DNA of 64,000 bases, taken from NCBI GenBank assembly GCA_965197745.1, contig CBDANS010000007.1, positions 1,984,001 through 2,048,000 on the forward strand, in the 5' to 3' direction. The notes under the pieces were generated by a model that was not told the DNA's origin, did not search any database, and saw nothing but the letters and a program-made list of their open reading frames with translations. Shown here piece by piece: positions 55,468-64,000 of the stretch (positions within the stretch are counted from its first letter, which is position 1; every line of letters begins with the position of its first letter). The stretch is from Opitutales bacterium (GTDB lineage Bacteria > Verrucomicrobiota > Verrucomicrobiia > Opitutales > PNEW01). Both the position numbers and the translations under genes were made by a program.

Positions 55468-56385
55468 CTACTCATCAAGGAAAAACGGTTGCGTCCAGGC
55501 ATTTCTCTCTCCATCACCCCAACACTCAAAACGCAGATAACCAGACATAGGCGGCCAGTTCTCATCCTTGGATACATCCACTTTTATCGAACCGCTATCA
55601 CTTGAGGCAACGCGTTGTCCATGTCGGGATATTCCTACGATTCTGCTCGCATTTTCACATTCTATGACGATTTCGGGTCCCTCCACTTGAATGGTTTTAA
55701 TGACAACACCTGTAGAACAATAAAAACGCCCATTTTGTAATGATTCCAAAATATTTTCAGAACTACATGAGTCAGCATAAACGACATTCCATCCAACACC
55801 TGTATCTGAAATACCTGGCTTGCGATTTCCCTCACACCAGAAATGAGCATCATCATTGGCAAAACCCCATAGGCGACGTCCTTCAGAGAGAAGCATATCC
55901 CATTTGTTTGTTGCGTAAGGGCTGCCCGCTAACCTTCTTACAATCGTATTAAATATTTCTATGCCCACGTAATCTGTCCATTGTTGCAAAAGCTTAATTG
56001 GACAAAAATTAAAACCAGGCGTGAGGTTAGGATGGGCAACGACGATGAAACCCTGGGTGGCTTTTGCTTCATCGAAAACTAACTGTCGGTTGACATGGGG
56101 TTCGATTAGACGGTCACCATTTACGTGCAATAAATGCGGTCCACCCTTTGAAATTTCATTTCCCGGTATGAGCACGAGGCCCTTGTTGTCGATCTTTTCA
56201 TATTCGGTGCTATCGGTGAATATGTCATGGTCGGATATTGAGAGAAAATCGTAACCGAGGTCTGCGTAGGTATTGATTACCTCCTGCATAGTGTGGGTGC
56301 CATCACTGTTGGTTGTGTGCGTGTGCAAATTTCCCCGAAGCCAGGAGCCGCCCTTTAAGTTTTCGTAAGGATGTGTTATCTCCAT
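55468..56385 (-). CDS. PHP-domain (CehA/McbA-like) metallohydrolase
   Basis: GNLHTHTTNSDG, ISDHD, AHP, DDAH. Confidence 0.85.
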   Translation of the reverse strand: MEITHPYENLKGGSWLRGNLHTHTTNSDGTHTMQEVINTYADLGYDFLSISDHDIFTDSTEYEKIDNKGLVLIPGNEISKGGPHLLHVNGDRLIEPHVNRQLVFDEAKATQGFIVVAHPNLTPGFNFCPIKLLQQWTDYVGIEIFNTIVRRLAGSPYATNKWDMLLSEGRRLWGFANDDAHFWCEGNRKPGISDTGVGWNVVYADSCSSENILESLQNGRFYCSTGVVIKTIQVEGPEIVIECENASRIVGISRHGQRVASSDSGSIKVDVSKDENWPPMSGYLRFECWGDGERNAWTQPFFLDE

Positions 56386-56462
56386 AATAGGTTATCTTCC
56401 ATTAAAATATTAAACTCATAGATATTATTTCATTCAGAGGTGGATATAAAGGGGTCAGACTG

Positions 56463-58035
56463 GAATGGCGTTAAGATAAGGGTGGTTTAGGATGATAAAA
56501 GCCTTTGTTTTTTCGTGAAGCAGAGACGGTCATCATGGCTCGTGGATGAGTCAATCGTTGGAAAGGTATAGGTCTACGTTTGAGGACTCTTGGTTCGTAT
56601 CGGAAGGGACGTAGGGGGACCGATTCGAGGGCAATGAGGTGTATCATCTCGTCAATGACAGATCGTTGGGCTCTGGGATTAAACCGGGTGGCCGCGAGCG
56701 CACTTTGATATTGGCGGAGGGTGTCAACAGCCCCCTTGAAGCTTAGCCGGGAGAGGTCGCGGTGGAAGGCACTGGCAGCTTGCTGCAAAAGAGCGCGGAT
56801 GAGAGATTGTAGGCGATGGCAAACATCGCAATCTCTTTGCGCACGAGAGCGACCGAGCGAGAGCGCAGGATCTCCATCCCCATGGTGGTTTTGATGTGGC
56901 GAAAGTAAAGCTCCACTGCCCAGCGCCGATAGTATAATTCTCCGAGATCGTGGTGGGAGTATTGGTGAGGATCGCTCAAGGTAGTCACGAGGTCTACGCT
57001 ATGGGCGCGGAAACCTTTGATGAAAATGAAAATCTTCACCAGCCGTACGGGGATCTCATCAGGGATTTGCCGCCACTGCTCGCGACTGAAGCCGAAGACA
57101 TTTTGCGGCTTCTTCCACATGATCAGCCGGTCATACCTACCCAAGGACCTGCCCTGACGAAAGTCGCTTCTTCGTTGCTGATGCAAACGCATGACCGCTT
57201 CAGCACCGCGGCCTTTAAGCAGGGCAATATTGAGGTAAGAGCAAAATCCCCGGTCGGCAAGGACCACATCACCCTTTTGAAAAAATCCGATCATGCCCCG
57301 CAACAGCACACTGTCATGATGCCTTAGTGAGGACTCCATCCAGTGTAAAAGCGCCCCACTGGCTAAAGAAAAACAGCCCACCAGCTTCATCACCGGAAAG
57401 CCGCAGCCGCTTCGTTGCTGCGAAGGCTGTGGGTAACACCTCTGCAAGCACGGCGTATCGGCGGTGGCGATACCCGTGCCGTCGACCACTTTTACCTCGT
57501 GACCTTTCCACCGTTGATCGTCGGTCACTCTCCCGGCCACCTCTTCACTGATCGCTTCATGGATCCCGTGCAGGTCTTGCACCAACAGCCGTTGCCTCGC
57601 CTGACAGTAGGCCGAGGCCGTTCCTTTAGCCAACTTCAGCCCCTTCATGCTGCAATAGCTCTGGAGCTTGCGCACCACTTCCCGGCAGGCAGTCCGTGGT
57701 GAGAGCACTTGGAACAAAAATGCCCAGAAGGTCACGTTTTGGCTGAACAATCTCCGCCGGCTGTTAGCCCCTCGAGGCTTCCGGTGTAAATACTTTTGCG
57801 GCACCCACTGCCCGAAGATATCCGATAGCTCGGAAAGACTTGACCGCCGTATTTCTACCAGCTTACCCTCCATCTGTGCAAGGGCTGTTCGGGGAGCACG
57901 ACCGAACAGGACCTGATTAAATCCTGGAAAATAACGAGTTAAGTTTTGTTTTTGCATGCTCGTTAGGGTAGCTCTCCAACGGTCCCTGTACAAGCATCTA
58001 TTGCACTCATTCTATCCCTTATCTTAACGCCATTC
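56463..58035 (-). mobile_element. IS4-family insertion sequence, copy 2 (1573 bp), inverted relative to copy 1
   Basis: Same 20-bp TIRs; flanks GGGTCAGACTG (56452-56462) and GGGTCAAGCTG (58036-58046). Confidence 0.95.
56471..57957 (-). pseudogene. IS4 DDE transposase with 2-nt insertion near 56801-56806
   Basis: Near-identical to copy 1; an extra GA dinucleotide shifts the frame. Confidence 0.88.
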
Positions 58036-58184
58036 GGGTCAAGCTGTATATTTATAGATTTTCAGATTCAAAATTAAAACGGCCAGTTGAATCAACATAA
58101 AATACTGAATCCGTAAGTATTCAAATACCGTGTGAAAACGTATTCTAAGTTGAGATCTATAAATACACAGCCTTACCCCTCTTT
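58036..58184. repeat. ~155-bp inverted-repeat element, copy 2; left tip at 56448-56462
   Basis: Colinear with 46591-46740; ends ATCTATAAATACACAGCCTTACCCCT. Confidence 0.8.
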
Positions 58185-58283
58185 CATCTGTTAAGTATTA
58201 CTTATTGCCATCCTCCTCGCTATAGTCGAGACTCGGTAAAAACCTGTTGGCTAATCTAATGTTAGCCTTCTCAAAGAAGAGGT

Positions 58284-59339
58284 ATGCAAATGAAACCCAG
58301 GATGTCTTTTATTGGAAAGCTACTGTCCATATACACTATATTGGTCCTCACGGGTTGTTCGGACCCAACCCCAGGCCGTTCGACGCTCACGTTCCAGCAT
58401 GGTTTCTCCGCAAAGCCAATGCCGTGGACGCACGAGCGATTTGACGATGATGAGGATAAGTTCACCTTTGCCATATTTTCAGATCTTAACGGTGGCGAAC
58501 GTGAGAGAGTTTTTGAAGTGGCGGTTGCACAGCTCTCCCTCTTGCGTCCTGAACTGATCATCAGTGTGGGTGACCTCATCGATGGGGGGACTGAGGACCG
58601 CACGAAGCTGCGCCAGGAATGGGACTACTTCGATGAAAGGGCCTCGAAAGCGATCGCTCCTGTTTTTTATGTGGGAGGCAATCACGATCTATCGAACCAA
58701 ACCATGCGAAACGTCTGGACCGAGCGGTACGGTGCCCGGTATTACCACTTCGTCTACAAGAATGTGCTGTTCTTGATCCTCGATACAGAGGACTATACAG
58801 ATGAACGCATGCGGGAGATCTATCTGGCTCGTGCCGCTTTCCTCGAGGTGTTGAACAGTGATGAACCGGATCGGGCTCAGGAAATGGAGTACTTAAAAAT
58901 AGCCGAACGTAATACCGGTGAAATCGGATCAGAACAGTCTAATTATTTCCAGAAAGTCATCGCTGATCATCCCAATGTACGATGGACGATGTTGTTTATG
59001 CATAAACCGGTGTGGCAAAGGGATGACGAGCCCGATTTTTCCGCTATTGAATCGATGTTGTCCAACCGTCCCTACACCCTTTTCAATGGCCACTTCCACT
59101 CCTATTCCCACACCATGAGGAACGGCCGGGATTACATTATGTTGGGAACGACTGGGGGAGGACAGCGCGCCAGCGACGACATGTCCTTTGACCACGTCTC
59201 ACTCGTGACGATGACCGAAGATGGGCCCTCCATCGGGAATTTGAAACTGAGTGGCATCTTGGATAAAACGGGCCACATCCCGATTGGCGGAGACAGTTTA
59301 TCCTTCCAGGCGTCAAGGGACAGAGATGATAATGAGTGA
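58284..59339 (+). CDS. Calcineurin-like metallophosphoesterase, probable lipoprotein
   Basis: LTGC lipobox; SD, GDLID, GNHD, MHKP, GHFH motifs. Confidence 0.85.
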   Translation: MQMKPRMSFIGKLLSIYTILVLTGCSDPTPGRSTLTFQHGFSAKPMPWTHERFDDDEDKFTFAIFSDLNGGERERVFEVAVAQLSLLRPELIISVGDLIDGGTEDRTKLRQEWDYFDERASKAIAPVFYVGGNHDLSNQTMRNVWTERYGARYYHFVYKNVLFLILDTEDYTDERMREIYLARAAFLEVLNSDEPDRAQEMEYLKIAERNTGEIGSEQSNYFQKVIADHPNVRWTMLFMHKPVWQRDDEPDFSAIESMLSNRPYTLFNGHFHSYSHTMRNGRDYIMLGTTGGGQRASDDMSFDHVSLVTMTEDGPSIGNLKLSGILDKTGHIPIGGDSLSFQASRDRDDNE

Positions 59340-59507
59340 AGTGTGTACTCCTGGTTTGGATAGGCATTACCATAGAACCTAAAATACACTAAGACCTGTT
59401 GCAGGTGTCCCGCCTCTCCACCATTTCAATTTCCGAATGTCGATATGCGATTGCCGATTGAATGAGATAGCCACATAAAGCACAAAAGAATTGTAGGATT
59501 AAAAATC

Positions 59508-60431
59508 CTAGTTTTTAAACTTACCCTCCACAATCAACAAGTCCTCAATAGATGAGAGAATAACATCCAGCTCTCGATGATCGATTGCGTCCAGGGGTGT
59601 TTGGAAATAATTTCGGATCATCGCGCTTCGAATCACCCCGCGTCGCCTGAGTACTTCCTTATAAAGCTGCAACGGGTAAAGAGATTGTATATTCAGGAGA
59701 GGGAGCAAGTGATTGAATAAGCGTCGTGATTCTTCGGTATCACCGCGCTCATAAGTATTCCAGATGGCGGCATGCACATCCGGAATATCGCAAGCCGGCA
59801 TCGTCCCGCACACACCCCTGGCCATCTCGTTCATCAAGTGCCGGCCGGCCAGTCCACCGAATATCCCATGCAACTTTTCTTTATTCTGAACAATCTCAAA
59901 AAGTTTGGAAACCACATGCGTGCAGGGATCGGATTCCTCCTTGATATAGTGAACATGTTCGATCTCATCGATGATGCGCACCATAATCTCCGGGCCCATC
60001 GGTGAGCCTACAAAGATAGAGTTTTGAACAATAACAGGAACTTCAGTTGCGGCGCTAATGGCTTCAAAATAACGATATATCCCCTCACTGCGCAGGGGTT
60101 TTATGGAAGGTCCCATCGCCATAATGCCATCAGCGCCAAGGCCGTTCATCGCCTTCGTCAATTCTGCGGCGGCTTGCGCAGACACTCCGTTAGCGGTGAG
60201 GACAACCGGGATTCGACCATTCGCCTGTTCGCAAACAATGCGGCTGACAAGGAGACGCTCTTCATCCGAGAGCGCGAAAAATTCACTGACATTGGCAGGA
60301 GTTACCAACCCATGCGCGCCCGCATCAATGCTGAAATCAACAACCGATCGAAGAGACTCCTCGTCAATACTGCCATTCTCAAAAAAGGGCGTGACCAGAA
60401 TAACGTAAACACCGCGAAATTTATTGTCCAT
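59508..60431 (-). CDS. Dihydrodipicolinate synthase/NAL-family aldolase
   Basis: GVY..LVTPF, SEF..LS.EER, YIKEES Schiff-base lysine. Confidence 0.88.
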   Translation of the reverse strand: MDNKFRGVYVILVTPFFENGSIDEESLRSVVDFSIDAGAHGLVTPANVSEFFALSDEERLLVSRIVCEQANGRIPVVLTANGVSAQAAAELTKAMNGLGADGIMAMGPSIKPLRSEGIYRYFEAISAATEVPVIVQNSIFVGSPMGPEIMVRIIDEIEHVHYIKEESDPCTHVVSKLFEIVQNKEKLHGIFGGLAGRHLMNEMARGVCGTMPACDIPDVHAAIWNTYERGDTEESRRLFNHLLPLLNIQSLYPLQLYKEVLRRRGVIRSAMIRNYFQTPLDAIDHRELDVILSSIEDLLIVEGKFKN

Positions 60432-60514
60432 CTTATGGACGAGTCAATAGGTCAAAACTTCAAAAGGTCAAAAAGGAAATGCGATAAGCTCACGCGTGTG
60501 TTCAGTAGGTTAAC

Positions 60515-60660
60515 AGTTCAAGGTTCAGGGTTCAGGGTTCTGAAGTTAGGTGGAATATTGGAAGGATGGAAGTTTGGATGATTGTGGAGTCAACCGAATG
60601 ACCTGTTCTGAGTATTACCTATGGATATTCTCAATCTTCCATTATTCCATCCTTCCACTT
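60515..60660. repeat. Heptamer tract (GGTTCAR)n plus inverted octamer tracts (GGAANNNT)n/(ANNNTTCC)n
   Basis: GTTCAAGGTTCAGGGTTCAGGGTTC; GGAATATTGGAAGGATGGAAGTTTGG facing TCTTCCATTATTCCATCCTTCCA. Confidence 0.6.
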
Positions 60661-60679
60661 ATTCCCCGATCCGCCAGTT

Positions 60680-61280
60680 CGATAACGATCCCGATTTCGA
60701 TTTCGATTGTTTTACGCTCAACAAATAATTCTAAAGTTCTGAATAAATCGCGTATCGGGATAATATTACCAAGGTTAACATCTGAGAGCAAAATAAAAAG
60801 AGGTTGACCTCTTTTGACTATGTTAGCCTACCAGTGCTAAAAGTGAGGCACGCCGTTAAGCGTTGCCCCCACTGTCTGGGTAAGATTTTGTTTCATCGGG
60901 ATCGAAATCGCTATCGCTATCGGGATCGATCTCATTGGTTCTGTAAATTGCCCGCTCATCTTCAACAGAATAGCCCCGTCCGCCAAGTCGGCTTAGCATC
61001 GCGGCCATCCGGTCTAACTCGCTCTTTCGCCCCTCGCTCGTCTTTTCTTCCAAGGCCTTTCGGACGCTTCATAAACCCAAGCGACATAGTCGATGGATAG
61101 ACCGTAAACGTACAGCTTCTCGTGTCCCAATGTCATCTTACTTCGATTCCGATAACGATCCCGATTTCGATTTGGATTGTTTTACTCACAACAAGAAATT
61201 CTTAAGTTCTGAATAATTAGCGTATCGGGATAATGTTACCAAGGTTAACATCTGAGAGCAAAATAAAAAGGAGGTGACGA
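60680..61280. repeat. ~125-bp direct repeats (60680-60805 and 61150-61275) bracketing a four-helix-bundle remnant
   Basis: High identity at offset 470, including the CGATAACGATCCCGATTTCGATT tract and GTTAACATCTGAGAGCAAAATAAAAAG. Confidence 0.85.
60856..61136 (-). pseudogene. Four-helix-bundle (23S rRNA-IVS-like) protein, internally deleted and frameshifted
   Basis: MTLGHEKL.VY.LSI.YVAWVYE start joined out of frame to ELDRMAAMLSRLGG...DPDSDSDFDPD; central SI..NIAEG helix absent. Confidence 0.7.
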
Positions 61281-61283
61281 CTT

Positions 61284-61715
61284 CTAGCTATTCGTGGGAG
61301 CGTTCTTCTTTTGTTGTGATTGCATTACTACGTACCCTCCAAGATAGGAGAAAAAAAGGGCTGAGATCAGCATTCCAATTGGGACCCAAAGTACTGCTGG
61401 AAAAACGATGTAGAATGTATAAAAAGCCCAAAGGGAAAGCACCATACCGATCGCACTAGTTACCCAGATTATTTTTTCTTTGGCAACTCTAGCACCGAAG
61501 ACACCCCCTGAAAATGCACCCAGAGCGAGTCCAAATAGTGTCGTGAGCCAAGTACTTGTTGAGACGGAAGCCACCCGCTGCGCCACAGCTTCTGGGGTTG
61601 CCGGGTCCATCAACTCAGGTGGAGTCGGATTTATGGTATTAGCAATTATCCCGACCATAAAAAAAGTAATGGTGCCGACAACCGCACCTAGTATCACCGC
61701 AAGACTTTTTCGCAT
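61284..61715 (-). CDS. Hypothetical 4-TM membrane protein (cassette-like)
   Basis: Four hydrophobic segments; AAGGA RBS. Confidence 0.75.
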   Translation of the reverse strand: MRKSLAVILGAVVGTITFFMVGIIANTINPTPPELMDPATPEAVAQRVASVSTSTWLTTLFGLALGAFSGGVFGARVAKEKIIWVTSAIGMVLSLWAFYTFYIVFPAVLWVPIGMLISALFFSYLGGYVVMQSQQKKNAPTNS

Positions 61716-61737
61716 ATGTTTTTCCTTTTATAAAACT

Positions 61738-61795
61738 GCATGCCCTCGCGGATCACGGGCGGCTGGAAGCCGTCGCGTGCATTCGGTTATTGTCC
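61738..61795 (-). other. Degenerate attC-like site
   Basis: Minus strand GGACAAT-AACCGA-ATGCACGCGA-CGGC-TTCCA-GCCG-CCCGTGAT-CCGCGAG-GGCATGC; R boxes degenerate. Confidence 0.4.
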
Positions 61796-61805
61796 AATCC
61801 CTGTT

Positions 61806-63038
61806 TTATAGCTGATCGCTCTTCGCGTCGGCATAGGGCAATGGGTACAAAGGCTTCAGTTCGTCGTGTCTGTCTGAGATCGCAGGGATCGCAACGGGTC
61901 TATGTTCCTCCTTCGATGTCCTCACGGCGATCGCACCGGCACACGTCCGCGCTGCCTCGTATACGTTGATCTGGGACATGCGGTCCTCCTCAATGGATGA
62001 CAGTAGGTCGAGCCAACTGAAGAACTCGACGCCGTCATGGCCCACCTTGTCAGCCATTTCCTGCGTCACGCCGGCCGGTAGGGAGATAGGTGGGACTTCG
62101 ATTGATTTCATCTCATAGGATCCATGGTAGGGACTTGCGCCCGCGCCGTCATCCACCAGGCATCCGTAAAGACCGGTGCTGTCCGACGGCGCTGGCAGGT
62201 AGCCGTAAAGACCGGTGCTGTCCGACGGCGCTGGCAGGTAGCCGGTGCATTCGATCGTGCCCTTGGTTCCCCATGCAGACTTGACGAGCTCTTTGTACGG
62301 GCGACGGGCTGCCTTTGAACATTGCACTCTGGCAATCGCACCTGAAGCCGACCTGAAAAGAGCAACGTCATGGTCGTCCACGTTACGCATGGGCAAATTC
62401 ATGCGGTTGCCATAGGCAAACACCTCCGTGAATTGTTCACCGAGGAACCATCGGGCCGTATCCACAGCATATATACCCGCACCTGCGGGGATCGGTTCCT
62501 GTGCCTTGACGCCATAACCCATACGGAAATTCGCTTTGTCCAACAGGTTTCCACCTACCTGCTGACGTATGTCCTGCAGATACTCACAGATTACATAGTA
62601 GATGTCCCCGAGGCTGCCCTCGTCAATGAGTTGCTTCATCCTGACTGATTCCGGTATCCACCTGTCGGGGCAATCCATCTGAACCTTCAGGTTCTTGCGT
62701 TCGGCCATTCGGATAATCTTCCAGAGCCTGTCCATCGACTCGTTCTCCATCGGCACTTCAACCATGACATGTTTGCCTGAATCAAGAGCCGCCAGGACTG
62801 CTGGCCCATGCAAATGACACGGCGTGCACACACAGACAATATCAATATCCGGATTCGATAGAAGATCATCGTAGTCTCTTGTCGCTGTCTTTATTCCTGC
62901 TTCCTGAGACACCTTCTGCAAAACGTCCTCATTGACATCGCAAAGTGCAATGCACTCAGCATGCTCCAGGAACTCGATCGTCCGCAGATGGTCCCTTCCA
63001 TGGCCCAAGCCAGCCAGTCCGATCTTATAGTTTCTCAT
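61806..63038 (-). CDS. Gfo/Idh/MocA family oxidoreductase with in-frame 13-aa duplication
   Basis: GLAGLG.G, CTP..LH, KHVMVEVP; probable start at ATG 63038. Confidence 0.88.
   Translation of the reverse strand: MRNYKIGLAGLGHGRDHLRTIEFLEHAECIALCDVNEDVLQKVSQEAGIKTATRDYDDLLSNPDIDIVCVCTPCHLHGPAVLAALDSGKHVMVEVPMENESMDRLWKIIRMAERKNLKVQMDCPDRWIPESVRMKQLIDEGSLGDIYYVICEYLQDIRQQVGGNLLDKANFRMGYGVKAQEPIPAGAGIYAVDTARWFLGEQFTEVFAYGNRMNLPMRNVDDHDVALFRSASGAIARVQCSKAARRPYKELVKSAWGTKGTIECTGYLPAPSDSTGLYGYLPAPSDSTGLYGCLVDDGAGASPYHGSYEMKSIEVPPISLPAGVTQEMADKVGHDGVEFFSWLDLLSSIEEDRMSQINVYEAARTCAGAIAVRTSKEEHRPVAIPAISDRHDELKPLYPLPYADAKSDQL
62164..62244. repeat. Perfect 39-bp tandem duplication
   Basis: CCGTAAAGACCGGTGCTGTCCGACGGCGCTGGCAGGTAG x2. 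Confidence 0.95.
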
Positions 63039-63087
63039 TTTACGCGATCTCCCTTGCCTGTGAGCACCTGTGTGTTCGTCCTTGTAC

Positions 63088-63142
63088 AACAAGTAATTCT
63101 AAGGTTCTGCATATTGAGTAGGGTATAATATTGTCAAGGTTG
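63088..63142 (-). promoter_or_regulatory. Conserved leader/promoter module (also at 60720-60779, 61190-61249, 63940-63994)
   Basis: Minus-strand consensus CTTG(AC/GT)AA.ATT.T.C.C...TAT.CAGAAC.T.AG.AT...TTGT. Confidence 0.6.
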
Positions 63143-63175
63143 AAACTGTTATGTACATAGCCTGAACCCTTTTAA

Positions 63176-63880
63176 TTATTCTCCTGCGAACTTGATGCGG
63201 ACTTCGTCCAGAATGATGTAGCCCTCTGGAAGTTGCGACTGCCAAACTGGGTAGTCATGACCCGCTCTAAGAATATGGAGGTCACCGCCAGGGGATCCCA
63301 TAGGAACGACATTCAAAGGGAACATCACCAACATAATGTTGACATCGACGTCTCGCAATACCTGTTCCAATGGTTTGACACCGTACGAGTCAGTGCGGTC
63401 ATGACGAGATCCCAGAGCGGTCCATTGCGACGGGTCAGATACGAAGGTCAGCGTTTGCTCGGTCCACTGCTCGGACACCTGAAGGGCTTGGCCGGTCAAG
63501 AGCCAGCCACTGCAAATGCCCTCAACCCCACCCTGCATCAACAGCACAAGTTCTGCATCACGCTTCAGCAGTTCTCCTTTGAGGCGCACGGTCATTTTCG
63601 CATGGGTAAAGTCCGTTGGATAGCCCCCCGCGATAAAGCGACTGGGGCCACCAGCTTCTTTAATCGCTTCTGTTTCCGGACCATATGTGGACAAACAGGC
63701 CAGCATGTGCATATAGCCTGCTCCGGGGGGTGCGTGGTTATAGTCAATCCACCAGGGACTGCGAGCTGAGACTCTGTTATTTCCAAATTCGAGCGGTTTG
63801 GGTCCCTCGAAGTTGCTGATCCACGCATACCAGCCTCCGTGACCATCCTCGAACGTCTCAATGTATTCCGTCTGACTCAT
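63176..63880 (-). CDS. Hypothetical protein
   Basis: ATG 63880 with GGAG RBS; ~234 aa; no motif recognised. Confidence 0.7.
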   Translation of the reverse strand: MSQTEYIETFEDGHGGWYAWISNFEGPKPLEFGNNRVSARSPWWIDYNHAPPGAGYMHMLACLSTYGPETEAIKEAGGPSRFIAGGYPTDFTHAKMTVRLKGELLKRDAELVLLMQGGVEGICSGWLLTGQALQVSEQWTEQTLTFVSDPSQWTALGSRHDRTDSYGVKPLEQVLRDVDVNIMLVMFPLNVVPMGSPGGDLHILRAGHDYPVWQSQLPEGYIILDEVRIKFAGE

Positions 63881-64000
63881 TAGATAAACACTCCCTACTC
63901 TCAACGGTTCTGACTTCCAGCGCTCCGCTCTTTCGACTGACAAATGATCCTAAAGTTCTGCATATTGAGTTGGAGGAAAATGTTGTCAAGATTGCGGTGG

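Noticed and set aside
60774..60830. attC site from the GGCTAAC...GTTAACC pairing on the minus strand
   Set aside because: There are no L boxes and the interior is asymmetric; the AAAAGAGG/CCTCTTTT hairpin looks like a terminator.
63233..63769. Long antisense or overlapping ORFs (for example 63233-63769, 60024-60581, 30448-30918)
   Set aside because: These are shadow frames of well-supported genes on the opposite strand.
60680..64000. CRISPR array interpretation of the repeated modules
   Set aside because: Repeats are long, divergent and separated by whole genes; there is no regular spacing and no cas gene.

Overview
Bacterial chromosomal window, most likely from a Verrucomicrobiota (Opitutales-like) genome. 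This is inferred from gene content and protein styles, not from a database search. Bases 1-43.8 kb are mostly housekeeping genes: fumC, an ECF sigma/anti-sigma/HtrA-like trio, ftsH, tilS, serS, LPS genes, a decaying type IV pilus motor locus, rho, coaE, nagB, radC, glpK, hisF and sucAB-lpdA. This part ends at tRNA-Ser(TGA). Bases 43.8-64 kb form an accessory region with catabolic enzymes, two inverted IS4-family copies, secreted paralogues and many small repeats. The strongest signal is an intact IS110 element (31238-32486). Its ~300-nt left end reads as a bridge RNA: guide segments match the reconstructed 14-bp target exactly (TCTGCCT-CT-TCGTC) and match much of the donor junction, and circularisation would rebuild a sigma70 promoter. 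Other notable items: both IS4 copies sit at the same base of a ~155-bp inverted-repeat element; a ~55-bp leader recurs four times upstream of minus-strand genes at 60.7-64 kb, near a degenerate attC-like site; three secreted proteins share a constant scaffold with variable segments; and REP/REPIN-like hairpins carry nested micro-insertions. Several single-base lesions could be real pseudogenisation or assembly error. No CRISPR array or rRNA was seen.
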